DNA of 64,000 bases from Cyanophora paradoxa CCMP329 (Eukaryota; Plantae; Glaucophyta), in the NCBI GenBank assembly GCA_004431415.1, contig QPMI01000054.1, forward strand, positions 124,001 to 188,000, read 5' to 3'. The position numbers and the translations under genes are program-made. Under the pieces are notes generated by a model, which searched no databases, was not told where the DNA came from, and was given only the letters and a program-made list of their open reading frames with translations. Of this stretch, positions 41,750 through 52,669 are shown piece by piece (the first letter of the stretch is position 1; every line of letters starts with the position of its first letter).

Positions 41750-44700
41750 CTAGTCGAGCCCGGGAGACACGGGGGACCGCGGCCCGTCGAAGCCAGGGGA
41801 CACGGGGGAGGGGCATCTAGCGGAGGCGGCTGCACTTCCACTGGAGGGTGCGAGGTCTGCAGAGGGCGCAACGCTGGCCTCGGGCAGATTCGACCCGTAT
41901 GCGGGGTGCTGGCCCTGCCCGCTGCGACGGGTGGCTGACTTCGGCACCGGCTCGCCGACACTGCCGCCGCATCCGTCGCTGACATCGATGTCGAGCTTGC
42001 GCTTTAAATTTGCGCCGGTCTGCGAGGACGGAGGGGCCGGTGCCGTCTGCGGCGGCGGCGGGCTGCGGCTGCGAGGGGAGACTGCCGTCGGCTCCCGATC
42101 TGCGGCGCTCGAGGTGCTCGCGATCGGCGTCGCGATCGCCTCAGATTCGCCACTGGCGAGACGATGGCGATCCGACGCAATCGCGATCGGGGGAACCGCG
42201 GCTGCAGCCTGGGCGCGGAGCTCGAGGCTGGGCGCCGGGAGCGGATCCGGACCCGGAGCCGGGCGGGGGGCGCGCTCGCCGTCGAGGGCCTCCTTCCAGA
42301 GCTGCCCGAGTCCGATCTGCGGCGCTCGAGCTCGAGCGAGCGATTGCGAGCGACTGGGACGAGCCGCGCGCGCCTGGTCGACGTCGCCCGTCAGACGCTT
42401 GTCGACGGCCTGCTCGTGTCCCGCCTCGAGCTCGTGGTATCGCCTGTGATCTTCGCGGCTTGGGTCTCGGTCGCGACTGTTGGAGGCTGCGGCGGCAACT
42501 GCAGCTGCAGGCTGCGAGGGAGTTCAGATTAGAAAAGGTGTTGAGTAATTGGAAGGCCCAGCAGTAGCTTAAGCTGGAGCTCGAGGGCATGCGCATGCGC
42601 AGGGAGCAACGGGCGGCGCACGGGGCGATCGCAAGAAGGGTCGTTCGGGGTCTTCCCCGCGCTGCAGGCCGCCGAGTCTTCGCGGAGAAGACGGAGGAGC
42701 TCCCGCGCACCGCACGAAGACGAGGGGGGGACGGTGGAAGTCTGAGCACGAACGCCTGCTGCAGGCGGCGCGGGAGGCGGCGGCCACGGGCCATAGCTAC
42801 AGGGCGGGGAGCCGAAGAAAGGGAAAGGGGGCGGGGGGAAGAAGCCGGGCGCGCCGGAATGCGGGACGAAGCCGGGGGGCGGCGGGGGAGGCGGCGCCCA
42901 GTGGCCTGCACCAGGAGGCGGGGCAGGAAACGGGAAGAAGGGTGGAGGGGGGCCTGGAGGGGGCGCCCGCAGCCTCTGGAGTTGGCTTGGAGCGGCGGCG
43001 GGGGCGGAAGCGTGGGGAGGAGAAGGTCGGGGTGGGTGGAGGCCGTGGCCAGATGCAGGGGCCGCCGAATCCGCCTGCGGCGTGTTTGCGGCTCGGGGCG
43101 GCGGCTTGGGCCACGAGACCGGGGTTGCCTGCTGCGGTTGCTTTCGAACCCGGAACTCGACGAGCTTCTCGAAAACAGGGACGGCCCCGGACTCCTTCCA
43201 CAGCTGCGAGACGGATTTCTGCGGCGCCGGTGCGCGGGGAAGCACAAGTGAGACAGGCGATAAATGTTAATTTCCGAGCAGCGACGGCCATCGCGATCGC
43301 GAGCGGAGAGCGCGGGGCGGGGCGCGCCTCGGAGCCGGCGACGCGCAGGTAGACGACGTCGACGCCGTTGTTGGGGCCCGCCGGCGTCCCCGTCACCAGC
43401 TGCGCGACCGCAGGAGTTAGAAGTGAAGCGAGCGCGGCGGCTCGAACAAGCTCACGCCGTGCCAGCGGGCGAAGCACTGGAAGGCGCAGTGGAAGAGCGC
43501 CGCGCGCCGGTGCGAGTCGCTGCGCACGGGGGCCAGGACCCCCCCGCCCCGCAGCTGCTCGACCGCCACCCGCGCCGAGGCAAGCACCGCGGCCTGCGCA
43601 CGCGGACCCGCGCGCCTGCTTAGACAAAGAGAATTTAAACGCGCGCGGCAGAGGAGCTCGGGGGCGCGCCAGGACCTCGTCGACCGTCGAGGGCGCCCGC
43701 GGGATCTCGCGGACCAGGAGCTCCGCGCCCGACTTGACGCTCTCCTCCGTCAGCTTGCCCGCGTCGATCGCGCCCTCCCGACCCTGGGGTCCGGAAGGAT
43801 CCTCGGGGGGCGCCTGCAGAGCCAGGCGGCTGTGCTCCGTCCTCCCCAGGTACACGTACGGGCCGAGGAGCTTCGTGAGGGCGACCTCCGCGGACGGCTT
43901 CTTCCCCTGGAGCGGCTTCGAATTCAGCTTCCGCGCGTGCGTCCCGGCGCATCTGCGCAGGCGGGACGCGAACCAGGCGCCCGCACAGGTCCCAGTACAG
44001 GTCCTGCAGCCCGTACCCCGGCGGCAGCCTCCCTCTCTTGACGCTCTGCGACGAACGTAAGCCTTCAGATGTACGGGGTGAGGGGGGGGGGGGGGGGGGG
44101 CAGAGGGAGGGGGAGGGGGCAGGAGAAGAGAGGGGGATCCGGAGGAGGGTGAGGGGAGGGGGTCGGGCGGGGAGGAGCCTCGGAGTTGAGGGGGAGGAAG
44201 ATGGGGTTGAGAGGGAGAGGAAGGGGGGGCGGGGGGGGGGGGGGGGGGGGGCAGGGGGCAGGGAGAAGGGGGGAGTAGGGAGGGAAGGGGGTGGGGGGGT
44301 AGGGGAGGGCCGCACTCGGTACCAGAGGCGGAACTGGTGCTGGAGGACGTCGGGGGAGACGGGCTCCCGCCCCGAGCAGGCCCGCACGAGGGCGAGGAGG
44401 GCGTCCTTCAGCATCTCCACGTTCCTCGGCGCCCCCTGCAGCTCCGCCCGCCCCTGCGGGCAGGCCACACGCCGCTCAGAGGGAGGCCGCGTTCGCTGAG
44501 CGGGCGGGCGGGCGGCGGCGGACCTCGGCGAACTTGGGAAGGACGAAGGCCGACTCGCTCGGCTCCGGCGCCGGCTGCTGCCCCGCGTCGGCGCGCCGGC
44601 CGGCCTCGGAGGCCGGCGGGAGGAGCTCGAAGAGGGAGTCGCCGTGGCCGGGGACGGGGCGGGCGTGCCCTCCGAGAAGCGCCAGCACCGCCTGCGCCGC

Positions 44701-45629
44701 TCGCCGGCCGCGGGTCAGCGCCGCGCCGCCGCGCTGCGGGCCGGGGGCGGGTACCTCGTTCCCCGAGCCGCTTGGCTGCGACGAGAAGCGGGGCGAGCGA
44801 GGGTGAGGGCACGCTCGAGGGGAGGGGGGGTACATGCGCAGGGGAGGGGGGGGGCGGTCGAACCTGGGGTGCCCCCAGCCTCGAGAGCGCGGACTCGACC
44901 GAGTGCTCCTCGTCGCTCGACCACGACGGTGCGCACGAGACGGCCTGCGGGGAGCAGGCGCATCGTCGGGGAGGCCCGGGCCCGGGGGAAGAGGGGAAGG
45001 GCGCGCGGGCGGCCGCACCCTGTGCCAGGCGGCGAACTGGACCCGCAGCGAAGCCGTCGCCACGCGCCCCGCGGGGTCCGCGAGGCGCCGCGCGAGGCTC
45101 AGGAGCGTCGCCGTGAGGTCGCCCACCGTCCCCGCCGGCTCGCACAGCGCCGCCGCCGCCGCCTCGCGCGCAGGGGCCGCGCCTCCAGCTGCAGCTGCGA
45201 CCTCGGGCCCGCGCGACGCTGCAGCTTGAACGGAGCCCGGGCCCGGCCGCGGCGATGCGATAGGGTCGACGTCCTCGAGCTCAGCAAAGAGCGCGGCTTC
45301 GACGTCGTCCTCTTGCATTGACATTGACTCGCGAGCCTTTTGCGCTCTTTTCTGCGCTCCGTCCGCCGCTCCACCGCCGTCACCAACCTCGTCGACGTCG
45401 CGGATCGGCGAACCGAGGGGCGACACGTAGCCTGCACGAGCGGCGTCATGTACGCATGCTTTAGGCTTCGTCGTTTACTGCCTTAAACACGTCTAGGGGC
45501 ACGTATACGGGCCTCTACAAGCAGAGCCGCGCGTCCAGCGCTCTAATATCTAAGACACGTGATCGGCGCCCAGCTGAACGAGCTCGCAGCTCGGCTCTTA
45601 CCTTCCGCATCGTCGCCCGCGAGCGCCAT
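41750..45629 (-). CDS. Repeat-domain protein A (3 copies of an uncharacterised helical repeat, Pro-rich region, Ser/Pro-rich tail)
   Basis: ATG at 45629 (MALAGDDAEG, GTAAG donor); exon 2 YVSPLGSPIRD; exons join in frame at GT/GC-AG sites through to ...PRSPVSPGLD*. Paralog of the gene at 45713. Confidence 0.7.
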
Positions 45630-46914
45630 TGGGGCGCCGTTGAGGCGCCGGCGAGGGCGCTGGGGAAGTACCCGGGTACGCGATCGAATTGGCGGCTGGA
45701 AGTTTCGCCGAGATGGCGCCCTCGGGCGGCGAGGAGGGTGAGCGACGCCCTGCAAGCGCTGAAAGTACATGCTGCGCTAGCTGTAGGCGCGAAGAGCGCT
45801 CGCTTGCACCACGCGCTCGCGCGCAGCCCGCCTTGTGCCCACAGCGCGACGCCTAACGCATGTAGCGCAGGCTATGTGTCGCCCATCGGTTCTCCGATTC
45901 GCGACGACGATGGGGATGGCGGCGGCGAGGCGTTCTGTGCGGAGGAAACAGTCCAGGAGGATTGCGCGTGCGAGGCTATGCCCACGCCCGCTGCCTTCAG
46001 CCCAGACGAGCTCAATGACGAGGCCGTGCTCTTCGCTGCGCTCCAGGCCAGCTTGCCTTGCGACCGCGGCCTCGATCAGGACAGCTGCGGCTCCGCAGCA
46101 GCGGCGATTGACGAGCGCGCATGGAGCTCAGCACGCGCGTCATCGGCAGAGGCGCACGCCGATGCGGCTGCGCATGCGGCGCGCGGAGCAGCCGCGGCTG
46201 CAGCGGGCGCTGGCGGCAGCGCGAGCGTCCATGGCCAGCCACACGCATCGGCGCAGGATTCTACTGTGCCGCCCGGATCCATTCAAGCTGCAGCGTCGCG
46301 CGGATCCGCGGCTGCAGCTGCAGCTGCAGGCGCGGCCGCTGGGCGCGAGGCGCCGGCGGCGGCGGCGCTGTGCGAGCCGGCGGGGACGGTGGGCGACCTC
46401 ACGGCGACGCTCCTGAGCCTCGCGCGGCGCCTCGCGGACCCCGCGGGGCGCGTGGCGACGGCTTCGCTGCGGGTCCAGTTCGCCGCCTGGCACAGGGTGC
46501 GGCCGCCCGCCCTTCCCCTCTTCCCCCGGGCCCGGGCCTCCCCGACGATGCGCCTGCTCCCCGCAGGCCGTCTCGTGCGCGCCGTCGTGGTCGAGCGACG
46601 AGGAGCACTCGGTCGAGTCCGCGCTCTCGAGGCTGGGGGCACCCCAGGTTCGACCGCCACCCCCCTCCCACCGAACCCAGCCCCCCGCGCCTGTACCCCC
46701 CTCTCCTCGAGCGTTCCCTGACCCTCGCTCGCCCCGCTTCTCGTCGCAGCCAAGCGGCTCGGGGAACGAGGTACCCGCCCCCAGCCTGCACTGCGGCGGC
46801 GCGGCGCTGACCCGCGGCCGGCGAGCGGCGCAGGCGGTGCTGGCGCTTCTCGGAGGGCACGCCCGCCCCGTCCCCGGCCACGGAGACTCCCTCTTCGAGC
46901 TCCTCCCCCCGGCC
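44611..46914. repeat. Inverted repeat, ~620-bp arms (44611-45230 and 46281-46914)
   Basis: Reverse-complement match including introns. The same peptides (LCEPAGTVGDLTATLLSLARRLADPAGRVATASLRVQFAAWHR) appear on both strands in the ORF track. Confidence 0.9.
45630..45712. promoter_or_regulatory. Putative 83-bp bidirectional promoter/5'UTR with central palindrome GTACCCGGGTAC (45668-45679)
   Basis: Lies between the divergent ATGs of two paralogs; the palindrome centre is within 3 bp of the midpoint. Confidence 0.5.
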
Positions 46915-49900
46915 GCGGCCCCGGCCGCGCCGGCGCCGCGGCCTCAGACCCCTCCCGCGAGGTCGGCGGCAGTGGACGCCGGCGCAGCGCCGGCTCCAGC
47001 GCCGGCGCCGGCCCCCGCCCCGCCGCCCTCGTCCTCTTCCTCCTCCTCCATCCCGCCGGAGTGGCTGGGACCGTCGTCGGTCCACCCCGCCGCGGCCTAC
47101 CTGCCCCCGGCGACCCTCCAGTGCTGGCCGGCGACCGTGGCGCCGGCTGCATGCGCGCCCCAGCCTCACGGCGCCGCGCTGCCGGCCCCCGGCCCGCCGG
47201 CGGACTCCTTCGGGCGCGGGGGAGACTTGGAGCAAGACCTGCCTGATGCCTTGCGCGAGGCGTTGCGCCGTGCCGGCGCCGAAGCATCCGGGCGGCCCCT
47301 CGAAAGCCCTAAGCCTCCGGCCCTCCCGAAGTTTGCCGAGGTCCGCTTCTCTTTTGCGCGATCCTTCCCCGCGGCTGATGGGGGCGGCAGGGGCGGCCGG
47401 AGCTGCAGCGGGAGCCGCGGACCCTCAAGGCGCTCCGGGCGGCCCTCGTCTCCATCGTCTGGGCGGTCGCGGGGACGGCCCCCGTCCCCCAGGGCATCCT
47501 GCAGGGCCGCTTCACGGTCTGGTACAAGGTGCGCGGCGCCCGGCAGGCCCAGGCCCGCCCGCCTCCGTGCGCTCGACCTCATTCCTGCCGGCCGCCCCGG
47601 CCGCCCCTCCGCAGAGCGTCGCGCCGCACCGCCTGGACAAGGACGGGCAGCTCCCGCGCAGCTGCGGGCTCCCCGACCTCTACGAGCAGCTGGCCGGGAC
47701 CAAGGTCCGCCGCCCGCCCGCCCGCCGCCCCTCGCCCAGGCCTGCTCGGCCCGCCGTCATAATACTTTTAATTTAAATGTGAAGCGTTATCGCGAACATC
47801 GCAACTCGCCCGCCTGAAGCTTAAGTGACCAAATGCTTCCCCGCCCGCGCCATCGCCCCACTTCCTCTACACTTCACAATCTGAAGCGCTGGGCCGGGGC
47901 GGCAGACGCTGCCGGGGAAGAAAGCGTCGCTGTGCTACGCGCTCACGAAGCTGCTGGGGCCGTACGCGCACCTCGAGGCGCAGAGCGCGAACGCGGTGAC
48001 CGTGCGGCTGCCCGACAACGGCCTCGTGCTCACGGGGGACCCCCCCGGGGCGCCCCCGGCGGTCCCGGAGAGCGTGGAGGAGCTGCGGGACGCCCTCCTC
48101 GGCATCCGGCAGCTGCTCCTGGGCATCACGGTGCGCCCCCGCCCCTCCTTGCGCCGGCGCCGGAAGCGAAGCGGAGTCCTCACGCCTCGCTCGCCAGGAC
48201 GACGCCGGGCCCAGGGCCGTCATCCGCGAGTTCGTGGCGTGGCTGGGGCGGCTCGGCCCGTCCGCCGCGGCGTGGGCCCCGAGCGGGCTGGACGGGCCGC
48301 AGCCGTCCGCCGACGCCGAGCGCTTCCTCGCCCTTTACCGCAGCCTCCCCGGGAGCCGCCCCGTGCGTCGCCCGCGCGCGCCGCCCTCGGCGCGCCCTCC
48401 GCCGCCCCCTGTGGCTGACGGGGCGTTGCAGGAGCTTGGCGCGGAGGGAGCGGTGGCGGAGCTGCTGCGGACCGCCAGCGCCTCGCCGCGCCCCGAGAGG
48501 CGCGGCGCGGACTGGCGGAAGCTCGTGGACGAGATCCCGCGCGTCCCGGCGACGGTCGAAGAGTTCGCGGTGCGCCGCGTCGCCGTCGCCGGCGGCCCAG
48601 TCCTTCTCGGTGTCGCTTCCCTGACGCCAAGCCGGGCGTCCGAAGGCGTCGATGCGGGCGGCGGCGCGGGTGGTGGCGGCGCGCGAGCTGCGGGAGAGGC
48701 CGGCGAACCTGACCGGCCTCCCCGCCCACAAGTGCTTCAACAAACTCTCCTTCTCGGCCCTCTTATGCTTCCTATGCTGGCACGAGGTCCGCCGGCGCCG
48801 TTCCGCTCTTCCTCCCAGCGGCCGTTGACATTAATATTCGTTTCCTTGTCCTTAGCACGTCTCGGGCGTAGCGGGGACCACAGAGAACAGAGCCGTCGCC
48901 GTCCACCAGAGGCTGACGGGACGCGCCGTGCCGGTTCGTCCGCCCCGGGCACGTGCACCAGAAAGTGCGCTGACTTCAATTCTCGGATTTCCGGAACGGC
49001 CCATGGCCAGGAGTCGAACAACTTCATCTTGGCGGAGACGGGGGCGGATGAGGTCCTTCTGAAGGCGGCCAGGGAGCTCACCCGCACCGACCGCGAGTCG
49101 CGATCGGCGGCTGCGGTGTCTTCCGGAGGGCAGCCGGTGCGGCGGAGGCCTCGCGGGGGCATCGGATCGGGGCAGATCTAGACTCGACCCCCGCGCAGGC
49201 TAGATCTGCGGATGGCGGCTCGAGCTCGCGGGAGCGGGAGCGTGATCACGAGCGCGGGGACAAGCACAAGCCGCGCGAGGCGGAGACCCTCGGCGCGCCG
49301 AGCGCGGCTTCAGCTCCAAAGCCGACGGCTCCTGCTTCGTCAAGCGCGAGTGCAGCTGCGAACGGCGCGGCGGCAGCCTCAGCCCACGCGCCTCCGGATC
49401 CTCGCGATCGCGAGCCGCTGGCGCCGTCCGTGCGCGTGGTGCGCCGCGCCGACGCGATCGTCGGGTCGGTGCTAGGGCTGTCCCCTCTCACTTGGAGGGG
49501 CCCCAGCCCCTGCGATTGCAGATACCGCCGCCGGCCCCGCCTGCCGGAGAGGATCCGGAGCGGTGCCAGAAGCTCGCGGCGGAGAGCGCGGAGTGGGGCG
49601 CCGATCTGCTGGCCCGCGAGGCGCCGCGGGCGCCGACCACCGTGGAGGAGCTCCGGGTGCGTCCCCCAGCCTCCAGCCTCCCCGGCCCGGCGGCGTTCGG
49701 CGAGCCGACTCCGCGCCGCGCGGCGCGGCAGAGTCTGCTGCGCGCGTGCGCCCGGATCACAGTCGAGAAGCTGCGGCACAGCGCGAGCTTTGCCGGGCTT
49801 CCGGCCGGCGCCGGCAACAGGCGACGAAACATGCTGCAGAGACACGCGTACAACTGCCTCAAGTGCTGGATCGAGGTGCGAAGCGCAGACCGCTTCCGGC

Positions 49901-52413
49901 CGCACGGTTCAGAGAGGTTCGGCAGCTCGTCACGGGGACGCCGGGGGGCGCCTGGAGCAGCCCGATCGCCATGCACGCGCGGCTCACCGGCACCGAGGTG
50001 CGCCGCGGCGCGGGGCCTGCCGGGCGGCCGCGCGCCGCTCCCCGGCCTGATCGATCGTGGCGGGCGGCGCGGCGCGACGCTCGCTGCAGGCGGGCAACAC
50101 GCAGGTGTGGCAGGAGGCGGGTGCGCTCGAGATCCTGGAGGCGGCCATCCACGTCGAGGGATGGCCGCGGCGCCCGGCCGGCCGCGGGCGGCAGGGCGAG
50201 CGGAAGCTCCGGGTCGTCCTCGAGGACGAGTCCGAGGACTCCGACTTCGACTTCGATTTCGGCAAACTCGAGGCGGCCGCCGATCGCGAGCCGCGGTCGG
50301 CGGCCCCGCCTGCGGCCCGGAGCGAGCCGGCGGCGGGCGCGGCCACCGGCGGCGCCGGCGCCGCAGCGGACTCGTCGGTGGACATGGACATCGACAGCGA
50401 CGGCGGCGAGCCGCCCCGCGCACCGGCCACCAGCACCAGCGCCGGCGCACCCGCACCGGCGCCCGCACCCCTCCGGCCCCGGCCCCGCGCCGCCGAGCAA
50501 CTGGGGGCCGCTCGCGGCGCCTGCGGGCCTCTACCCGCCCCCGAGCGTGCCCAGCTGCCTCCCGCCCGCGCCCGCCCAGTCCCCCCTCCTCTTCCCGGCT
50601 CCGGCCGCCCCTCCATCCGCCTTTGGCGTCGGCTCCGCCGCCTTCTCGGGCCCCTGGGGGCCGCCGGCGCCGGCTCCGCTCGAGCTCTTCCCGCCCCCTA
50701 GCGCGCCCGCCTTCCTCCCCCTCGCCCCCGGCCCTTTACCCAGCGGCCTGGCTCACGCCCTTGCCCTCGCGGGCGCGCCGGCGCCGGCGGCCGACTGGCC
50801 GGACAACTCCACCGCCGCGATGCTCCAGCGCCGGCTGGTCCCCCCGGACCCCACGCGGCCGCGCAAAGACAGCGCGCCGGCCGCAGACTCGGGCAAGTCT
50901 CCCGAGGCAGCGCCGCAGCCGCAGCCGCAGCCGAAGGTGCGCACTGGGCCTGGGCTCGATCGCGGGCTCGCCGCCCGGGACCAAATCTGATCTGCGGCGC
51001 GCGCCGCAGCCGGCGGCCGGGTGCGGCCAGGGCCAAGACGGGGACGCGGCCGGCGCCGACGCGGAGGCGCTCGCCAGGGAGATGCCCCGCCCGCCCCGAT
51101 CCGTCGACGAGCTCCGGGTGGGCCCGCCCCGCCCCGCCCCGAGCCCCGAGCTCCGTGAAGCCGGGCGCGGGCCTCTGACGCGCGCTGCGCCTGCAGGAGG
51201 CGGCGCTGGCGTCCGCGAGGAGGACCGTCGAGCGCCTCCGGCGGAGCGGCGAGCTCGACGCGGCCCGGAGCGAGGGGCAGCGCCGCAGGCTGCTGCACCA
51301 CGGCGCCTACGTCTGCTTCATCCGCTGGATCCAGGTGCCGGCTCCGGGCAGGGGCGCCTCCGCCTCTAAGAGTGCCTCTCGCGCCTCTGATCACGGATGC
51401 TCGCCCGCACCCGCCGCAGCTTGTCTCGGGGAGCACGGCGCCCGGCGCGCATACGAACCCGTCGGCGATTTACCAGCGCCTCACCCGCTCGAGCTCCCAG
51501 GCGCGCGCGCGCCTCGATCCGCCCAGCGCCGCCGCAGCGCGCGCGTTTGCCGCTGACCCCTCGCGCGTCGTCGCAGATGAGCGTCGCGCAGCTTCTCAAG
51601 GAGCTCGGTTTCCACCGGGTCCTCGAGGAGGCCGTGGGCCGCCGGCGCTCCCCGCCCCCCGCCCCCCGCGATCGCCACGGGGGCCCCTCGTCCCCCGTCT
51701 CCCCGCACCCCCCTCGCCCCCGCTCCCGCTCCCCTCGCCCCCGCTCCCGCTCCCCTCGCCGGCGCTCCCGCTCCCGCTCTCCTCGCGACCGCCCCGACCA
51801 GCGGCGCGCGCGGTCGCCGCCTCGAACTCGGACCCGGCGCCCCCCGTCCCTGCCGGGGCGCCCACGCGGCCCTTCGCCCGGGCCCCCGCCGCTCGCGCTC
51901 GCGGTCCCCCCGGCCCACCGCACGGCGCGCCTCATCTCCACGCCGCGACGGCCGCCGGTCTCGCTCGCGGTCCCCTCGGCCCCCGCCCGGCGCCCGGCAT
52001 CTCCGCGGCGCGACGGCGGAGAGAGGAGCAAGCGCAGGCGCGAGGAGGACGAGGGCGAGCGGGGCGGGGCGGCGAGCCCAGGCGCAGGCCTCCGCCCCCG
52101 GGCCCCGCGCCGCCGCCGCCGATCCGCCCGCCACGTCGCCGCCGACCCGCGGCGCGTGGCCGGCGCGCTCCTCGCACCCCGCCCCCGACCCCGCCCCCGC
52201 CCTCGGCTGGCCGGTCGACTCCCCTGTCTCGAACGGCGACGGCGACGCGCCGGCGTGGCCCGAGCCCATCGCCCCTTCCCTGCAGCCAGCGCCGCCCCCG
52301 CTGGACCCAGCCGCCGCGCCGCCGGCCTCCTCCGGCCCCCCTTTAGGGGACCTCCTGCGGCTCCTCCACGTCGTCCAGTCTTTCGGCAAACCCCCGCCCG
52401 GACTCTAGGTTGA
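45713..52413 (+). CDS. Repeat-domain protein B (6 copies of the same repeat, Pro-rich linkers, RS-rich/basic C-terminus)
   Basis: ATG at 45713 (MAPSGGEEG, GTGAG donor); exon 2 YVSPIGSPIRD; repeats with the pattern PxTVEEL...FxxW...YxxL; tail RPRSRSPRPRSRSPRRRSRSRSP and KRRR; TGA 52411-52413. Confidence 0.7.
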
Positions 52414-52669
52414 TCCACTTGCTACAGAATCGGATAGGTTGAGACCTACAGCTGCAGCTAGGCTATAGACAGGGGATTTGTGGAGCAGTAGACTGTTGCT
52501 TTCGTGATCGGCATGAGACGCTTTGCATGTGTTTCGATCGGCTTGACATCGCATTACACGAAACAAACGCTACCTCGGTAACAATAAGAAGCCCACAGTC
52601 TGTTAAGTCTAGATCTAGATCTACTGCACTAGGCAAGTCCGGCGCGGGGGCGCCGTGGGGCCGCGCGGG

